50,389 nucleotides of DNA, taken from positions 1 through 50,389 of the IMG/VR virus record IMGVR_UViG_3300044878_000071. One strand, given 5' to 3'. This DNA comes from a virus (Duplodnaviria > Caudoviricetes). Below the pieces are notes generated by a model. It ran no database searches. It had not been told where the DNA came from and saw nothing but the letters and a program-made list of their open reading frames with translations. Shown piece by piece: positions 1 to 9,151 of the stretch (positions are counted from its first letter, which is position 1; each line of letters opens with the position of its first letter). The position numbers and the translations under genes were made by a program.

Positions 1-74
1 TGCTTGCCGTCGACCATAAAGCTGATCTCGATACTGCTTTTCGATGCCGCACGCACCCCGCGCTTCGCAGCCAT
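1..74 (-). CDS. N-terminus (cut by window edge) of a protein with an integrase-type Arm DNA-binding domain (DUF3596-like); may be a full integrase or a stand-alone Arm-domain protein
   Basis: Minus strand reads AGGGGT RBS then MAAKRGVRAASKSSIEISFMVDGK, resembling the 'GVRA-S-SSIEI-F' start of Pseudomonas phage tyrosine integrases; only 24 codons visible. Confidence 0.5.
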   Translation of the reverse strand, partial: MAAKRGVRAASKSSIEISFMVDGK

Positions 75-144
75 ACGCCACCCCTGACGATTCGTTTAGT
101 TGGCCGACAGTTTAGACCTGTCGGCGCCCGCGGAGGCAGAGAGC

Positions 145-498
145 TCAGTCGTAGCTGGAGCTCGAACTGCTATCGCTGGAACTGGACGAGCTGCAACTGT
201 CGCTCGACGAATAGCTGCTGCCGCTGTCGTAGCTGCCGTGATCGCTTCGGCTATGGCTGGAACAGCTGCTGCTATGCGATCGGCTTGGCTCGTAGCTGTC
301 GAACTGGCTCACCGGGCTGAACGGGCTGAGTGGGTTCATCGGGTTCGACAAGCTCATCGGGTCGGACGAATGGCAGGCTTGACCCTGCGAAGGGCTGACG
401 CCGCGCCCGTACCCGGTCGACCTTCTCGGCTGAACGTAGTCCGGTTGAGGTTTCTGTTTCGGCTTGCGCTTAAAGAGGCGTGACAGGAAATTGAACAT
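145..498 (-). CDS. Hypothetical phage protein with Ser-rich low-complexity C-terminus
   Basis: Start MFNFLSRLFKRK at 498 after GAGGA RBS; tail SSSSSSDSSSSSSYD. Confidence 0.65.
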   Translation of the reverse strand: MFNFLSRLFKRKPKQKPQPDYVQPRRSTGYGRGVSPSQGQACHSSDPMSLSNPMNPLSPFSPVSQFDSYEPSRSHSSSCSSHSRSDHGSYDSGSSYSSSDSCSSSSSSDSSSSSSYD

Positions 499-548
499 GG
501 GGAGTCCTCGCCCGCCGATCACCGGCAGGCTCTTGTGTGGGGTAGGGG

Positions 549-725
549 TTAGGCTAGGAAGTGGTGGCCGATGGCGACAGATGCCGCTTCGGCTTCGGTG
601 CTGAACATCAATTCGCTGGTGCTGGGCGATCCCCAGCTTTCGTATCGGACCTTTCGCCACCATTTGCCGTAGGCTTCGTATGGCTCGCCGATGATTTCCG
701 TGACGTAGCAGTCGACGAGGTTCAT
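549..725 (-). CDS. Hypothetical phage protein
   Basis: ATGA-coupled to the upstream ORF in the leftward operon. Confidence 0.6.
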   Translation of the reverse strand: MNLVDCYVTEIIGEPYEAYGKWWRKVRYESWGSPSTSELMFSTEAEAASVAIGHHFLA

Positions 726-907
726 AGGCACCCCGCGCAGTCTTCGAGCAGGCCTTCATAGTCCTTCTTCAGCCGGTCGCGCTCACGGGTCAGCGCCTCA
801 ACCTTGCGATGGATGTACCGGGCGATTGTCTCGCCTGGGCGCATGTCGGCGGCTGGTGTGCCTCGCAGGACGGCTTCCCATTCGTGGACGGTCAGTTGTT
901 CGGTCAT
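722..907 (-). CDS. Hypothetical phage protein
   Basis: 4-bp overlaps with both neighbours. Confidence 0.6.
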   Translation of the reverse strand: MTEQLTVHEWEAVLRGTPAADMRPGETIARYIHRKVEALTRERDRLKKDYEGLLEDCAGCL

Positions 908-1365
908 GGCTTCACCTCCAGGCTACCGAAAACTTCGATAAGCTCCCGCTCAAGCTGTTCGGCCAGGCTCTCGTAGTCGATTAGGCGAATGGTCCGCATG
1001 CACTTGTTGATCTCGTCGAAACCGGACGGAACGCCGCACTCAGCCCACCAGCTTCTGGCATAACGGAACACGTTCATGGCCGCCTCGGTGCGGAATTCGT
1101 AGGCGTTCCCGGGGCGCCCGCACCAGTGCAGAACGTCACCGTGGATCAATGCCTTAAGGCGTCGAGCCAACTGTCCATTGCTCAACTGGATGCCGAGACC
1201 GCCGCGACTGATCATGCTCTGGTACTGGGCAAAGTGGCGGTCTTGATCCCTATCGCCGGTCAGCCCTTTGCTGCCGCCGACGTAGTTGGTGATCACGCCG
1301 CGAGCGGTTCGCTTGACCTGTGCGCGCCATACGGCCTTGAGGATTTCTGCGTCGGTTACTTTCAT
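904..1365 (-). CDS. Hypothetical phage protein
   Basis: 153 aa, translationally coupled in the operon. Confidence 0.7.
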   Translation of the reverse strand: MKVTDAEILKAVWRAQVKRTARGVITNYVGGSKGLTGDRDQDRHFAQYQSMISRGGLGIQLSNGQLARRLKALIHGDVLHWCGRPGNAYEFRTEAAMNVFRYARSWWAECGVPSGFDEINKCMRTIRLIDYESLAEQLERELIEVFGSLEVKP

Positions 1366-1736
1366 GCCTTCACCTTTTCGAAGTGGAAGACCACCGGTGC
1401 GCCGGTCTCGGCTATCAAGCCGTAGGACTTGGCCAGTCGGTAGATGGGGTGGTAACTGTTGAGGGAGTTGACGTGTCCGGCGATCCAGGCACGCCAGCCT
1501 TCCAGGGTGTACGAACTTTTACTCAGGTTGCAGGGGATGCAGGCCGGCATCATGTTCGCCAAGTTATGGTTTCCCGGGCGCAGTGCAGGGACCAGCTTCG
1601 CCTCGTCGCCCCAGTTGCGCACCACGGGTTCGAAGTGATCGGCGTGCCACTTCTCACCCAGCAGCACGCCGCAATATGCGCAGCAGCCTTCGTACTTCAG
1701 TCGAACCTGTTCGCGCTCAGCCTTCTTCAGTCTCAT
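1362..1736 (-). CDS. HNH endonuclease
   Basis: CAYCG...ADH...N...PACIPCNLSK zinc-finger HNH pattern. Confidence 0.85.
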   Translation of the reverse strand: MRLKKAEREQVRLKYEGCCAYCGVLLGEKWHADHFEPVVRNWGDEAKLVPALRPGNHNLANMMPACIPCNLSKSSYTLEGWRAWIAGHVNSLNSYHPIYRLAKSYGLIAETGAPVVFHFEKVKA

Positions 1737-1888
1737 GCCTTAACACTCCAAACGCTGCCGTCTACCAGGTCACCGCGGCGAACAAACTTCGCCCCGCCCG
1801 TCAGGTGATGCAGGATCGCGAACTCGGCAGAAGTGCGAGCAAGCGAGTAGGTGCGCCCGGTCGGGCGGTGGGTGTAGATCGTTTCCAT
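1733..1888 (-). CDS. Small hypothetical protein
   Basis: AGGAG RBS then METIYTHRPTG; coupled to the HNH gene. Confidence 0.55.
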   Translation of the reverse strand: METIYTHRPTGRTYSLARTSAEFAILHHLTGGAKFVRRGDLVDGSVWSVKA

Positions 1889-1893
1889 GCGGG

Positions 1894-2289
1894 TTACTCC
1901 TGGCTGAGGATGTCGAGCTGGGCCTTGGCGCATTCGTCCGGGCCGTGCGGCAGGCGGGTTGGCTCGACTACTTCGTACTCACTGTCATCACTGTGATGAC
2001 CGGCTTCACGTCGCGACTCGTTGTCGAACTTGTCGCGCAACGTTTTGCTGATCGTGATTTCGTGCCGCGGGACGGCAAGGAAGGCCAGAAGCTCGGCGTC
2101 GGTCATCGCGTCCATCTTGAGGATGGCCAGTTGCAGGACTTCGCTGATTTCTTCGGTGCCTGATCGCGTCCGGATGCGGTCCATCGCCTGATGGATGCCG
2201 GGTCGGACCTTATGTCTCAGCTCTTTCTCTCCGAGCCTTTCGCGTTTCTTCGCGGCCTTTGCGTGCCGCTCCTGAGTTGTCTTCGCCAT
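1894..2289 (-). CDS. Hypothetical phage protein
   Basis: Start MAKTTQERHAK with GAAGG RBS. Confidence 0.7.
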   Translation of the reverse strand: MAKTTQERHAKAAKKRERLGEKELRHKVRPGIHQAMDRIRTRSGTEEISEVLQLAILKMDAMTDAELLAFLAVPRHEITISKTLRDKFDNESRREAGHHSDDSEYEVVEPTRLPHGPDECAKAQLDILSQE

Positions 2290-2290
2290 G

Positions 2291-2749
2291 TTATGCCGCC
2301 TTCCGTTGGTTCCATGCCCCGGCGGCCTCGAACAGCTGAGCCGCCTGTTTTTCTTCCAGTGATGTTTCGTAGGGAATCGCAATCCAGCCGCTCGCGACCA
2401 GGTGCAGGGCGTTGCATGAATCGCGCAGATCGATATAGAAGTGCTCGATCACGTCCGATATGTTGGCCGCCAGATGCACGCCTGTTGGCGAGACCTCTAC
2501 TGACTTGCAGTATTCTGCGCCGGCCTGGTCGATGCACATGCAGCTGATATAAATTGTCCACCGGTGCGATATCTCAAAGATGGCGCTACCGATTTGATGG
2601 CTGACAATTCGCCGGGAGTTGACCGCGTTGAACAGCGACTGCTTGCCGCTCGGATCGATGTTCACGATGCAAGTGTGGTTGGTCCGGAGCAGCGCCCGAC
2701 AGGAACGCTCGACCCTGGCCCGCATGTTGTTCGGCTTGCGCTTTTTCAT
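2291..2749 (-). CDS. Hypothetical phage protein
   Basis: Start MKKRKPNNMRAR; co-oriented in the operon. Confidence 0.7.
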   Translation of the reverse strand: MKKRKPNNMRARVERSCRALLRTNHTCIVNIDPSGKQSLFNAVNSRRIVSHQIGSAIFEISHRWTIYISCMCIDQAGAEYCKSVEVSPTGVHLAANISDVIEHFYIDLRDSCNALHLVASGWIAIPYETSLEEKQAAQLFEAAGAWNQRKAA

Positions 2750-2821
2750 TCGATAACCCGCTCGCTGGCAGATGGTGTTGGATGAGGCGCGCACGCTGGC
2801 GCACCCCTGATCGGAGTCGCA

Positions 2822-3316
2822 TTACTTGCGCGTCCCCTGGAATCGAATCTGGTAGGTGTCGACCAGTCGAGTCATCTTGTGCCAGCCGACTTGCAGGTGG
2901 GCGCCGGCCTGGCGCTTTGACACCCCGATCTCAGCCATCGCGCGAAGCCGCTCGACCAGCTTCGCGTCCTCTTCCGGGTCGATGATGTAGACGCCCTTCT
3001 TCCCCGAGGCACGCCCGGCGCCGGACTTGAGGTTGATCCCGAACTGCTTGCAGATCTTCGTCACGCGGTCTTGAGAAATGCCAAGGTGCTTGGCCAGGTC
3101 CAGCTTGATCATCGTCACGCTCAGCGTTCGGATTTGATCGGCCATCTGTCGTAGCTCGATCTCTTCCTGCATCAGCCGAGGCTCGATGCGCGGTGGTAGT
3201 GGCTTGAATTCGAAGGTTTGCAGCACGTCGATCTTGCCGCCCGAGCGCAGGAACGCTTCTTGTGCAGCGGCCAGTGTCGATCGGTCCATCACTCGGAGGT
3301 CGTTGTATTGGTTCAT
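2822..3316 (-). CDS. Hypothetical protein with two HTH-like segments
   Basis: LAKHLGISQDRVTKICKQFGI and SKRQAGAHLQVGWHKMTRLV. Confidence 0.65.
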   Translation of the reverse strand: MNQYNDLRVMDRSTLAAAQEAFLRSGGKIDVLQTFEFKPLPPRIEPRLMQEEIELRQMADQIRTLSVTMIKLDLAKHLGISQDRVTKICKQFGINLKSGAGRASGKKGVYIIDPEEDAKLVERLRAMAEIGVSKRQAGAHLQVGWHKMTRLVDTYQIRFQGTRK

Positions 3317-3381
3317 TTGGCACCCAAAAGAAAGGGCGCTCAATTGGCGCCCAGTTGGTTGGATTTGACTAAAAGTCGGGG

Positions 3382-3864
3382 CTAGAAGGGTATGTCGTCG
3401 TCGAACGAGTCGAAGTCAGGAGCCGGCTGTGGGGCTGCCTGCTGCGGCCTTGGCTGCTGGCTACCGGTGCGCGGCGCCTGCTGTCTCGGCTGCTGGGCTT
3501 GCGATTGGCCGCCATCCTGCGGCTTTCCGCCCAGGAGCTGCATGGTTCCTTGCATGTCGACGACGATCTCGGTCGTGTAACGCTTGATGCCGTCCTTCTC
3601 CCATTCGCGGGTGACCAGCTTCCCCTCGATGTACACCTGCGAGCCCTTGCGCAGGTATTCGCCGGCAATCTCCGCGACTTTGCCGAACATCACAACGCGA
3701 TGCCATTCGGTCTTTTCGACCTTCTGACCGGTTTGCTTGTCAGTCCATTGCTCGCTGGTGGCCAAACTCAGGTTGGTTACCGCGCTTCCGCTAGGCGTGT
3801 AGCGAACTTCCGGATCTTGTCCGCAAGTGCCCACAAGGATGACTTTGTTAACTCCGCGTGCCAT
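3382..3864 (-). CDS. ssb: Single-stranded DNA-binding protein
   Basis: [12 protein letters not shown]...EWHRVV...[11 protein letters not shown]; acidic tail FDDDIPF. Confidence 0.97.
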   Translation of the reverse strand: MARGVNKVILVGTCGQDPEVRYTPSGSAVTNLSLATSEQWTDKQTGQKVEKTEWHRVVMFGKVAEIAGEYLRKGSQVYIEGKLVTREWEKDGIKRYTTEIVVDMQGTMQLLGGKPQDGGQSQAQQPRQQAPRTGSQQPRPQQAAPQPAPDFDSFDDDIPF

Positions 3865-3913
3865 GTTTCTCTACCTCGATTAGATGCCCCGGCGTCTGCC
3901 AGGGCTTGAATGG

Positions 3914-5566
3914 TTATGCCGCTGCTTGTTCCAGCGTTACGCCGGCCATGCTGAAGTTCGCGCCCTGTTCGGCGACCAGTGCGTCGAGCGTTTCCCAGTT
4001 GACCGTCAAAACCGACAGCGGAGCATCGCCAGCGGCCACGGCCTTGACCAGCGCTTCCAGGTCGAAAACATTGGCTTGCAGGGGCGGAGCCTGATGGGTT
4101 GGTGTGGCAACAGGTTTCGCGGCCGACTGAACGACTGGCGAGGTCTTCACCGGCGCTTGAGCCGCTGGCGCAGGAGTCGCCACCGGTGTCGGCTCAGGAG
4201 CAACCTCGGCCGCCTGCTTCGCCTTGGTCTCGTCATCGATCCTTTTCAGCTCTTGCTGGCGGATTTGCTCGCGCAAAGTTTCATCCTTCGCTTCCTCGGC
4301 CTTTTTGTGCTCGTCGATCCGGACCTTGATCAGCGCGACCAGATCGTCGTTGGCCTTCATGACCAGTTGCTGGGCGTCAACGAACAGGAAGGCATGGTCG
4401 ATCGCGAGGGCGCGCAGGCTTTCCAGGTTCAGGCGGATGGCGTCGGCCTTTTGGCTGGCTTCGATCTTCGCCCGGGCCAGCTCGGTGTCGACCGCGTCCT
4501 GCAAGCTGGCGATGGTGCGCTTGTTCTTCATGGCGCCCGCGAAGTCCGCGGCAATCGACGGCATGACGACCTTGCCCAGCGTCTTGTTGATCGCCGCGAT
4601 GTGATCCGACAGCGACTGCTCGGCCTTCAGCTTTATGTTGTTCTTAACGACCAACTCCTGAGCCTTAACCAACTTGTCGACCTTCAGACGGGTTTCGCGG
4701 GCGTGCTTGCTGATCCGGTCCAGCGAGCTGAACAACTCGTCGATGGTCTGGGTTTGCGCGAGCGCCTGCTTCTTCGCGGCAGTCACGGCGTCTTCAACGT
4801 CGCCGCACCACTTCACGGCCTTTTTCGCGTCGGCGAAGTCCTGGTCGGTGGTCAGCTCGGTTTTCACCGAGTCGATGACCGCCAAGGCCGATTGTTCGAA
4901 CACCTTCAGGTTGCTGGCGGTAACCATGCCGGTCAGTTCGATGCGCAGCGCTGGCAGCTCATCCGGGGCCTTGCCGACGACGATTGAAGGCGCGTCGGCG
5001 ACTTCGTGCCCGACCAGATCCGCTTCGAACTGCTTCCAGCCTTCGATCAGCTGCTCGAAACGACCGGCTACCGGGCGATATTCCATGCTGACGAAGTTTT
5101 CCGAGGTGCCATCGGAGCACACGAAGATCACCCGTTCAGCGCCGCTCACCAGCAACTGCTGCTCCAGCTGCCAGTAGTAGTGCGGGGTCAGGTCTTCGGC
5201 TTTCACCTGGGCGACCAGCGATTCGTTCCAGAGCTTGTGCTCGAACAGCGTCTCGCCGAGCATCGTCGCGCCGTCCATCGAGGCGAGCAGGTTGCCCGAG
5301 GTGCCCACGACCGGGTACAGCTCTTCGCCGATCATCACCTCAACCAGTGGCCGGGCCAGCGCCTCGGTGGCGTGCCCTCGGTCGAAGATGTGTTGCTGCG
5401 AAGGCGTAACGTCCGGCGCAATGCCGGTCTTCTTCAGGGTCAGCAGGTCGGTGCGGGTCTGGTACTTCGAGGCGCCCATCATGGCCGGGGCCTCGGAGGC
5501 AGTGAAGTGCTGAGCGCGCAGGGCGTGCCACTCGGCGGAACCTTGAGCTACGTTGTGAATTTTCAT
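3914..5566 (-). CDS. YqaJ-like (lambda Exo family) exonuclease with long coiled-coil C-terminal extension
   Basis: QGSAEWHALR...TASE...RGH..E...ASMDG...EHK...YYWQLEQQL; adjacent to bet. Confidence 0.9.
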   Translation of the reverse strand: MKIHNVAQGSAEWHALRAQHFTASEAPAMMGASKYQTRTDLLTLKKTGIAPDVTPSQQHIFDRGHATEALARPLVEVMIGEELYPVVGTSGNLLASMDGATMLGETLFEHKLWNESLVAQVKAEDLTPHYYWQLEQQLLVSGAERVIFVCSDGTSENFVSMEYRPVAGRFEQLIEGWKQFEADLVGHEVADAPSIVVGKAPDELPALRIELTGMVTASNLKVFEQSALAVIDSVKTELTTDQDFADAKKAVKWCGDVEDAVTAAKKQALAQTQTIDELFSSLDRISKHARETRLKVDKLVKAQELVVKNNIKLKAEQSLSDHIAAINKTLGKVVMPSIAADFAGAMKNKRTIASLQDAVDTELARAKIEASQKADAIRLNLESLRALAIDHAFLFVDAQQLVMKANDDLVALIKVRIDEHKKAEEAKDETLREQIRQQELKRIDDETKAKQAAEVAPEPTPVATPAPAAQAPVKTSPVVQSAAKPVATPTHQAPPLQANVFDLEALVKAVAAGDAPLSVLTVNWETLDALVAEQGANFSMAGVTLEQAAA

Positions 5567-6381
5567 GCTGCGTCTCCGTCGAGGGCTTTCAGGTTGGTGA
5601 TCTGTTCTTTTTGCGCATCGGTCAGCGTGTATTTGCTGCAGATGGTCGCGATCAGGTGTTCGGGGCTGGTGCGGTTGGCGTCAATCAGCGGCTGCCACTT
5701 GACGAGGTTTTCTTTGAGCACGTCGTCCGGGTAGGTCGGTAGCGCTTCGGGCGCTGGCTCGGGCTGCTGTTGCTGCGGGCTGACGTCGCGAGCCACTTCC
5801 TCGAACGACTTGCCTTCCATTTCGTCAGCGGTGGGGGCCGACCCGACCTCGGGGAAGGCTTTACGCAGGGCCTGGGCCTCGGCGCACTTGGCGAGCTGGG
5901 CGAAGGCGCGGCGCTTCCACATGGCGTTCGGCGCGATGCTGTCCTTGCTCGACGTCGCGTAGTTTTCAAGCCAGCGCTCATTGGCGGTGAACTCGGCCAC
6001 CAGCCCGTTTGCCATCTGGCGCTTGACCGTGACCCGGCACCATTCCGGATAGGTGACTTCAACCCCGGCCATGGTGGCGGTGATCGACGGGCCGTATTCA
6101 GGGTCGCTGATGCCGGCGTATTGCCCGGTGCGTGCTGCCTGGATGCGGTACAAGCCAATCCCAGGCATGACCACGTCGACCATGCCGCGGCCTTTCTGGT
6201 AGATCGGAACGATGTGCACCGGCTTCAGCATCGGGTCCAGGTGCGCGGCCTGGCAGTAGGCCAAGACCATGACGACCGAGTTATGCGCGGCGCCCGGGTA
6301 TAGGCTGCCGCTCAAGACCTCGACAAGTGCTTGCTCCGACATGGCCGGCGCATGGTCGGCCTGCTTCATTACTGCGCTCAT
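5563..6381 (-). CDS. bet: Phage recombination protein Bet (single-strand annealing)
   Basis: LDPMLKPVHIV...GIGLYRIQAARTGQYAG...MWKRR..QLAKCAEAQALRKAFP. Confidence 0.9.
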   Translation of the reverse strand: MSAVMKQADHAPAMSEQALVEVLSGSLYPGAAHNSVVMVLAYCQAAHLDPMLKPVHIVPIYQKGRGMVDVVMPGIGLYRIQAARTGQYAGISDPEYGPSITATMAGVEVTYPEWCRVTVKRQMANGLVAEFTANERWLENYATSSKDSIAPNAMWKRRAFAQLAKCAEAQALRKAFPEVGSAPTADEMEGKSFEEVARDVSPQQQQPEPAPEALPTYPDDVLKENLVKWQPLIDANRTSPEHLIATICSKYTLTDAQKEQITNLKALDGDAA

Positions 6382-6421
6382 GGTGATACCCCTTGGTCCT
6401 TTGGAAGAGACCCTGTGTGAG

Positions 6422-6541
6422 TTAAATCGGCGCGACCAAATCAGCCAGCGCGATGATTGTGAGAAGGAAAAGCCATGGCGATACGCCGATGAGCGACCCG
6501 GTCCAGATCAGCCGGCGGCGCCTTGATTGGCGGGCGGTCAT
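6422..6541 (-). CDS. Small membrane protein (39 aa)
   Basis: MTARQSRRRRLIWTGSLIGVSPWLFLLTIIALADLVAPI; ATGA overlap. Confidence 0.5.
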   Translation of the reverse strand: MTARQSRRRRLIWTGSLIGVSPWLFLLTIIALADLVAPI

Positions 6542-6774
6542 GCCTTCACCTCGTTGTACCCGAAGAAGTCTCCGATCTGCTCGACCGCCGCATTGATCCG
6601 CGCCTGGGCGGCCTTGCGTTCGGCCAGTCGGATCGCTTCCCGCTCAGCGCTCCGGGCGGCGCTCGCCTCGTAGTCGTGGAATAAGTCAGCCGAAGCCTGC
6701 TTTGGTCTGCCCCATGCGTCATACCGTCGATCCCATTCCCGGGCCTGGGCGCTATCTGCGTAGCTTGTTGACAT
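6538..6774 (-). CDS. Hypothetical phage protein
   Basis: AGGAGAGG RBS; in the operon. Confidence 0.65.
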   Translation of the reverse strand: MSTSYADSAQAREWDRRYDAWGRPKQASADLFHDYEASAARSAEREAIRLAERKAAQARINAAVEQIGDFFGYNEVKA

Positions 6775-6787
6775 GATTGCCTCCTAC

Positions 6788-6919
6788 TCAGGCGATGTAT
6801 CCGCCTGGCATGGTGGTCACTACGCGCTTTGCTACCGGCTCGTGCATCCGACCCTTGGCGCAGTCGTGCAGATCGGGGCGTGGTTGCTTTCGTACTGTCT
6901 TGCGTGGGTTTGCGTTCAT
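6788..6919 (-). CDS. Small hypothetical protein (43 aa)
   Basis: MNANPRKTVRKQPRPDLHDC...; ATGA overlap fills the gap. Confidence 0.5.
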   Translation of the reverse strand: MNANPRKTVRKQPRPDLHDCAKGRMHEPVAKRVVTTMPGGYIA

Positions 6920-7299
6920 GGCTCAGCCCTCAGTAGCTGGTCCCCAATGATGCGCAGGCGGTTGCGGATGCGGGCGCCTTGGGCGTTGATCTCTTTGCGC
7001 TCGTCGAGCAGCTTGGCCATCGATCGGTAGATGTTGTCGTCTTCGAGTTCCTGGCCATCCCATGCTTGGCAGGTATCGACCGCATGGAGCCAGCCGTGCC
7101 AAACGATGCTGCAGTCGGGGTCATCCGTTACTTCGCCGCTCATGTAGCGATTGCGGAAGGGCTTCAGGTCGACAAAGCCCAAGGTGTCACAGTCGCTGAT
7201 CACAGATTTGCGGGCCTTCTCGTTATCGCGAAGGGCCTTTCGGTGCTTCGAATAGGCCTTGGCCAGCTCGACAAGCTTTGCCTCTGCTGTCTGCGTCAT
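6916..7299 (-). CDS. Hypothetical phage protein
   Basis: Coupled ORF, 127 aa. Confidence 0.65.
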   Translation of the reverse strand: MTQTAEAKLVELAKAYSKHRKALRDNEKARKSVISDCDTLGFVDLKPFRNRYMSGEVTDDPDCSIVWHGWLHAVDTCQAWDGQELEDDNIYRSMAKLLDERKEINAQGARIRNRLRIIGDQLLRAEP

Positions 7300-7490
7300 G
7301 GCCGAGCTCTCACGGCAATCCTGTTGCCTTTCTGCGTGGCCGAGAGCTGCACCTTGAGGTCGCAGACCTTGAATTCTGGCGACTTGCCGATCACCTGATA
7401 GAACGGGATGCCGTGGGCGATGATGGCCAGGCCGCGCTCGATCTCTTCGAGCTGTTCGTCGATCAGCGATTTAACGATTGGCGTGGTCAT
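7296..7490 (-). CDS. Hypothetical phage protein
   Basis: MTTPIVKSLIDEQL; GAGG RBS; ATGA overlap. Confidence 0.65.
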   Translation of the reverse strand: MTTPIVKSLIDEQLEEIERGLAIIAHGIPFYQVIGKSPEFKVCDLKVQLSATQKGNRIAVRARP

Positions 7491-7729
7491 GCGTGCATCC
7501 TCTCGGCGGTTCCGCAAAGGCGGGACACTCGCAGGGCGCGAGCGGCGTTGATGTGGTCGTGCATCTGCCTCGACTCTTCGTGCTTTATGTCGCCCGAGAA
7601 AAGTGCGTAGGTGACCAGGCCGGCCAGGTAATTCAGTTCCGACTCGCTGCCAACCAGATCACCGGCGGGCATGGCGTGGATCTTTTTCAATCGTTCATCG
7701 AAAAGCACTCTTGCTGATGAGTTGAACAT
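7487..7729 (-). CDS. Hypothetical phage protein
   Basis: GAGGG RBS; first clearly coupled gene of the leftward operon. Confidence 0.65.
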   Translation of the reverse strand: MFNSSARVLFDERLKKIHAMPAGDLVGSESELNYLAGLVTYALFSGDIKHEESRQMHDHINAARALRVSRLCGTAERMHA

Positions 7730-7774
7730 TTGAGTTTCCCTCGGTGACGTGGAAGAGACCGCTAATTGCGTACT

Positions 7775-7969
7775 TTAAAGGCGGCTGTGATGGCGGAAAG
7801 TGCGGGCCGAGTTGCTGCCGTGCATGCGCTGCTGGGATTGGCGATACGTCCTGGCTCCCGGATATACAGCCGAGTCGCCCATCGCCTTGGTGACGAACAG
7901 GCCGCGAAGGCTCAGTGCGTCAAGTTCAATTTCGTCGCCCAACAGGGCTACACCCGTTTCATTTTTCAT
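7775..7969 (-). CDS. Possible small hypothetical protein
   Basis: AGGGG RBS then MKNETGVALLG. Confidence 0.4.
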   Translation of the reverse strand: MKNETGVALLGDEIELDALSLRGLFVTKAMGDSAVYPGARTYRQSQQRMHGSNSARTFRHHSRL

Positions 7970-8534
7970 GTTTGCACCCCTGCTTGCGTTGATTGGTTGG
8001 TTTCCCACTGCCGACTCATCGAATCGGCACTGGTGAAAGGGTCCAGGCCGCGCTACTGGCGACCGGCCTGGATTGCTGCGTCAAGTTGTCCGTGTGCTTT
8101 GGGTTGGCCTACCGGTACTCCGGCCGATCCGCGGTGAGATCGACGACCCGCTGTCCGCTGCCTGTCCGGTGTTGGGCGCAGCCTTCAGGCTTGCTGCGCC
8201 ACGCAGATGAATCGCCCTTGTTAGTCCATGATGCAATCTCCTATCGCTCGCTCACTGGGTCGGCAGTGGCCACCTGTTGAATCCTATTGAATCTTCAAAC
8301 TGTTCACCCCATTACCGCCTGGATGTGGCGGGGCGCATCGCTTGCCGGGTCATTCGCGCGGTTAAGGCTTTTGCCATCGATCAGCCGCAAAGGGTTTTCC
8401 CTTTCGTGGGCAGGCTTTCGGGCCTGTCTGATCGCCGGTCGCCGACAGAGGCGGTGCGGTCTATTGGTTGTTGCGCAGATTGTATAAAGAGCGAATCGTT
8501 CTGGTCTCTAGCAAGGGACCGTCTCGATGGATTG

Positions 8535-8563
8535 AAAGGTAACTCACGGTTGCGAACCTGTAA
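8535..8563 (-). promoter_or_regulatory. Leftward promoter pL with overlapping operator OL
   Basis: Minus strand TTTACA-17bp-TACCTT; spacer holds CGCAACCGTGAGTTACC (8538-8554). Confidence 0.7.
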
Positions 8564-8631
8564 AGTCCTTTCCATGAAATAATTTTTAAGTTGCAGGCCC
8601 CCTCAAAGGGACTAGACTTGACGTAATACCG

Positions 8632-8660
8632 TTGAAGACTCCGCAACCGTTAGTTACCAT
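8632..8660 (+). promoter_or_regulatory. Rightward promoter pR with overlapping operator OR
   Basis: TTGAAG-17bp-TACCAT; spacer holds CGCAACCGTTAGTTACC (8642-8658), 16/17 identical to OL; core palindrome GYAAC-N5-GTTRC. Confidence 0.7.
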
Positions 8661-8688
8661 GGGACATCAACCAGCGTGGGAGTCGTTC

Positions 8689-8892
8689 ATGCAAGGTGTT
8701 CCGCTAAAGCAGTTGGTTGCAGAGCTTGGCCCGGCCAAGGTTGGGAAAATGCTCGGCGTTAGCCACCAGGGAATAACGAAGGCGGTAGAGGCAGGACGGG
8801 AAATTCTCGTCACGATGCTACCGGACGGAAAGGCAAAAGGGACCGAGCTTAGCGACTTCCCGAAAGCAAAGAAGAAAGCAGCACCAGACTGA
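8689..8892 (+). CDS. cro: Cro-family repressor
   Basis: 67 aa; GPAKVGKMLGVSHQGITKAVEAGREILV..ELSDFP lambda-Cro-like alpha+beta pattern; first gene after pR. Confidence 0.85.
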   Translation: MQGVPLKQLVAELGPAKVGKMLGVSHQGITKAVEAGREILVTMLPDGKAKGTELSDFPKAKKKAAPD

Positions 8893-8918
8893 TAAACGTA
8901 AAACAAAGGGGCTTATAT

Positions 8919-9122
8919 ATGGTGTACGTACCAGAAGAACTGATGCACGAAAAACAGATAAAAGTCCGACTCGTAGAAAGCGAGTACAAAGAGTGGAAAG
9001 AAATGGCTCACGCGGAGGGACAGCTGCATTCCGTTATGGCTAGAATTGCCATGCGGGCCATCCTCGAAGAGTACCGCAGGACCGGACAGCTGCCTGAATT
9101 CATCGCCAAACAGCGCGCATAA
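8919..9122 (+). CDS. Ribbon-helix-helix-like regulator at the cII position
   Basis: KQIKVRL strand, ESEYKEWKEMAHAEG helix, HSVMARIAMRAIL helix. Confidence 0.65.
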   Translation: MVYVPEELMHEKQIKVRLVESEYKEWKEMAHAEGQLHSVMARIAMRAILEEYRRTGQLPEFIAKQRA

Positions 9123-9151
9123 CATTCACGAATTTTTATGGGGTGATCGCT

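Noticed and set aside
3884-4987. Long antisense ORFs (also 20411..21505, 26097..26984, 28061..28939, 31336..32475, 33094..34203, 39206..40150)
   Set aside because: They lie opposite well-supported genes and are typical shadow ORFs of high-GC coding DNA
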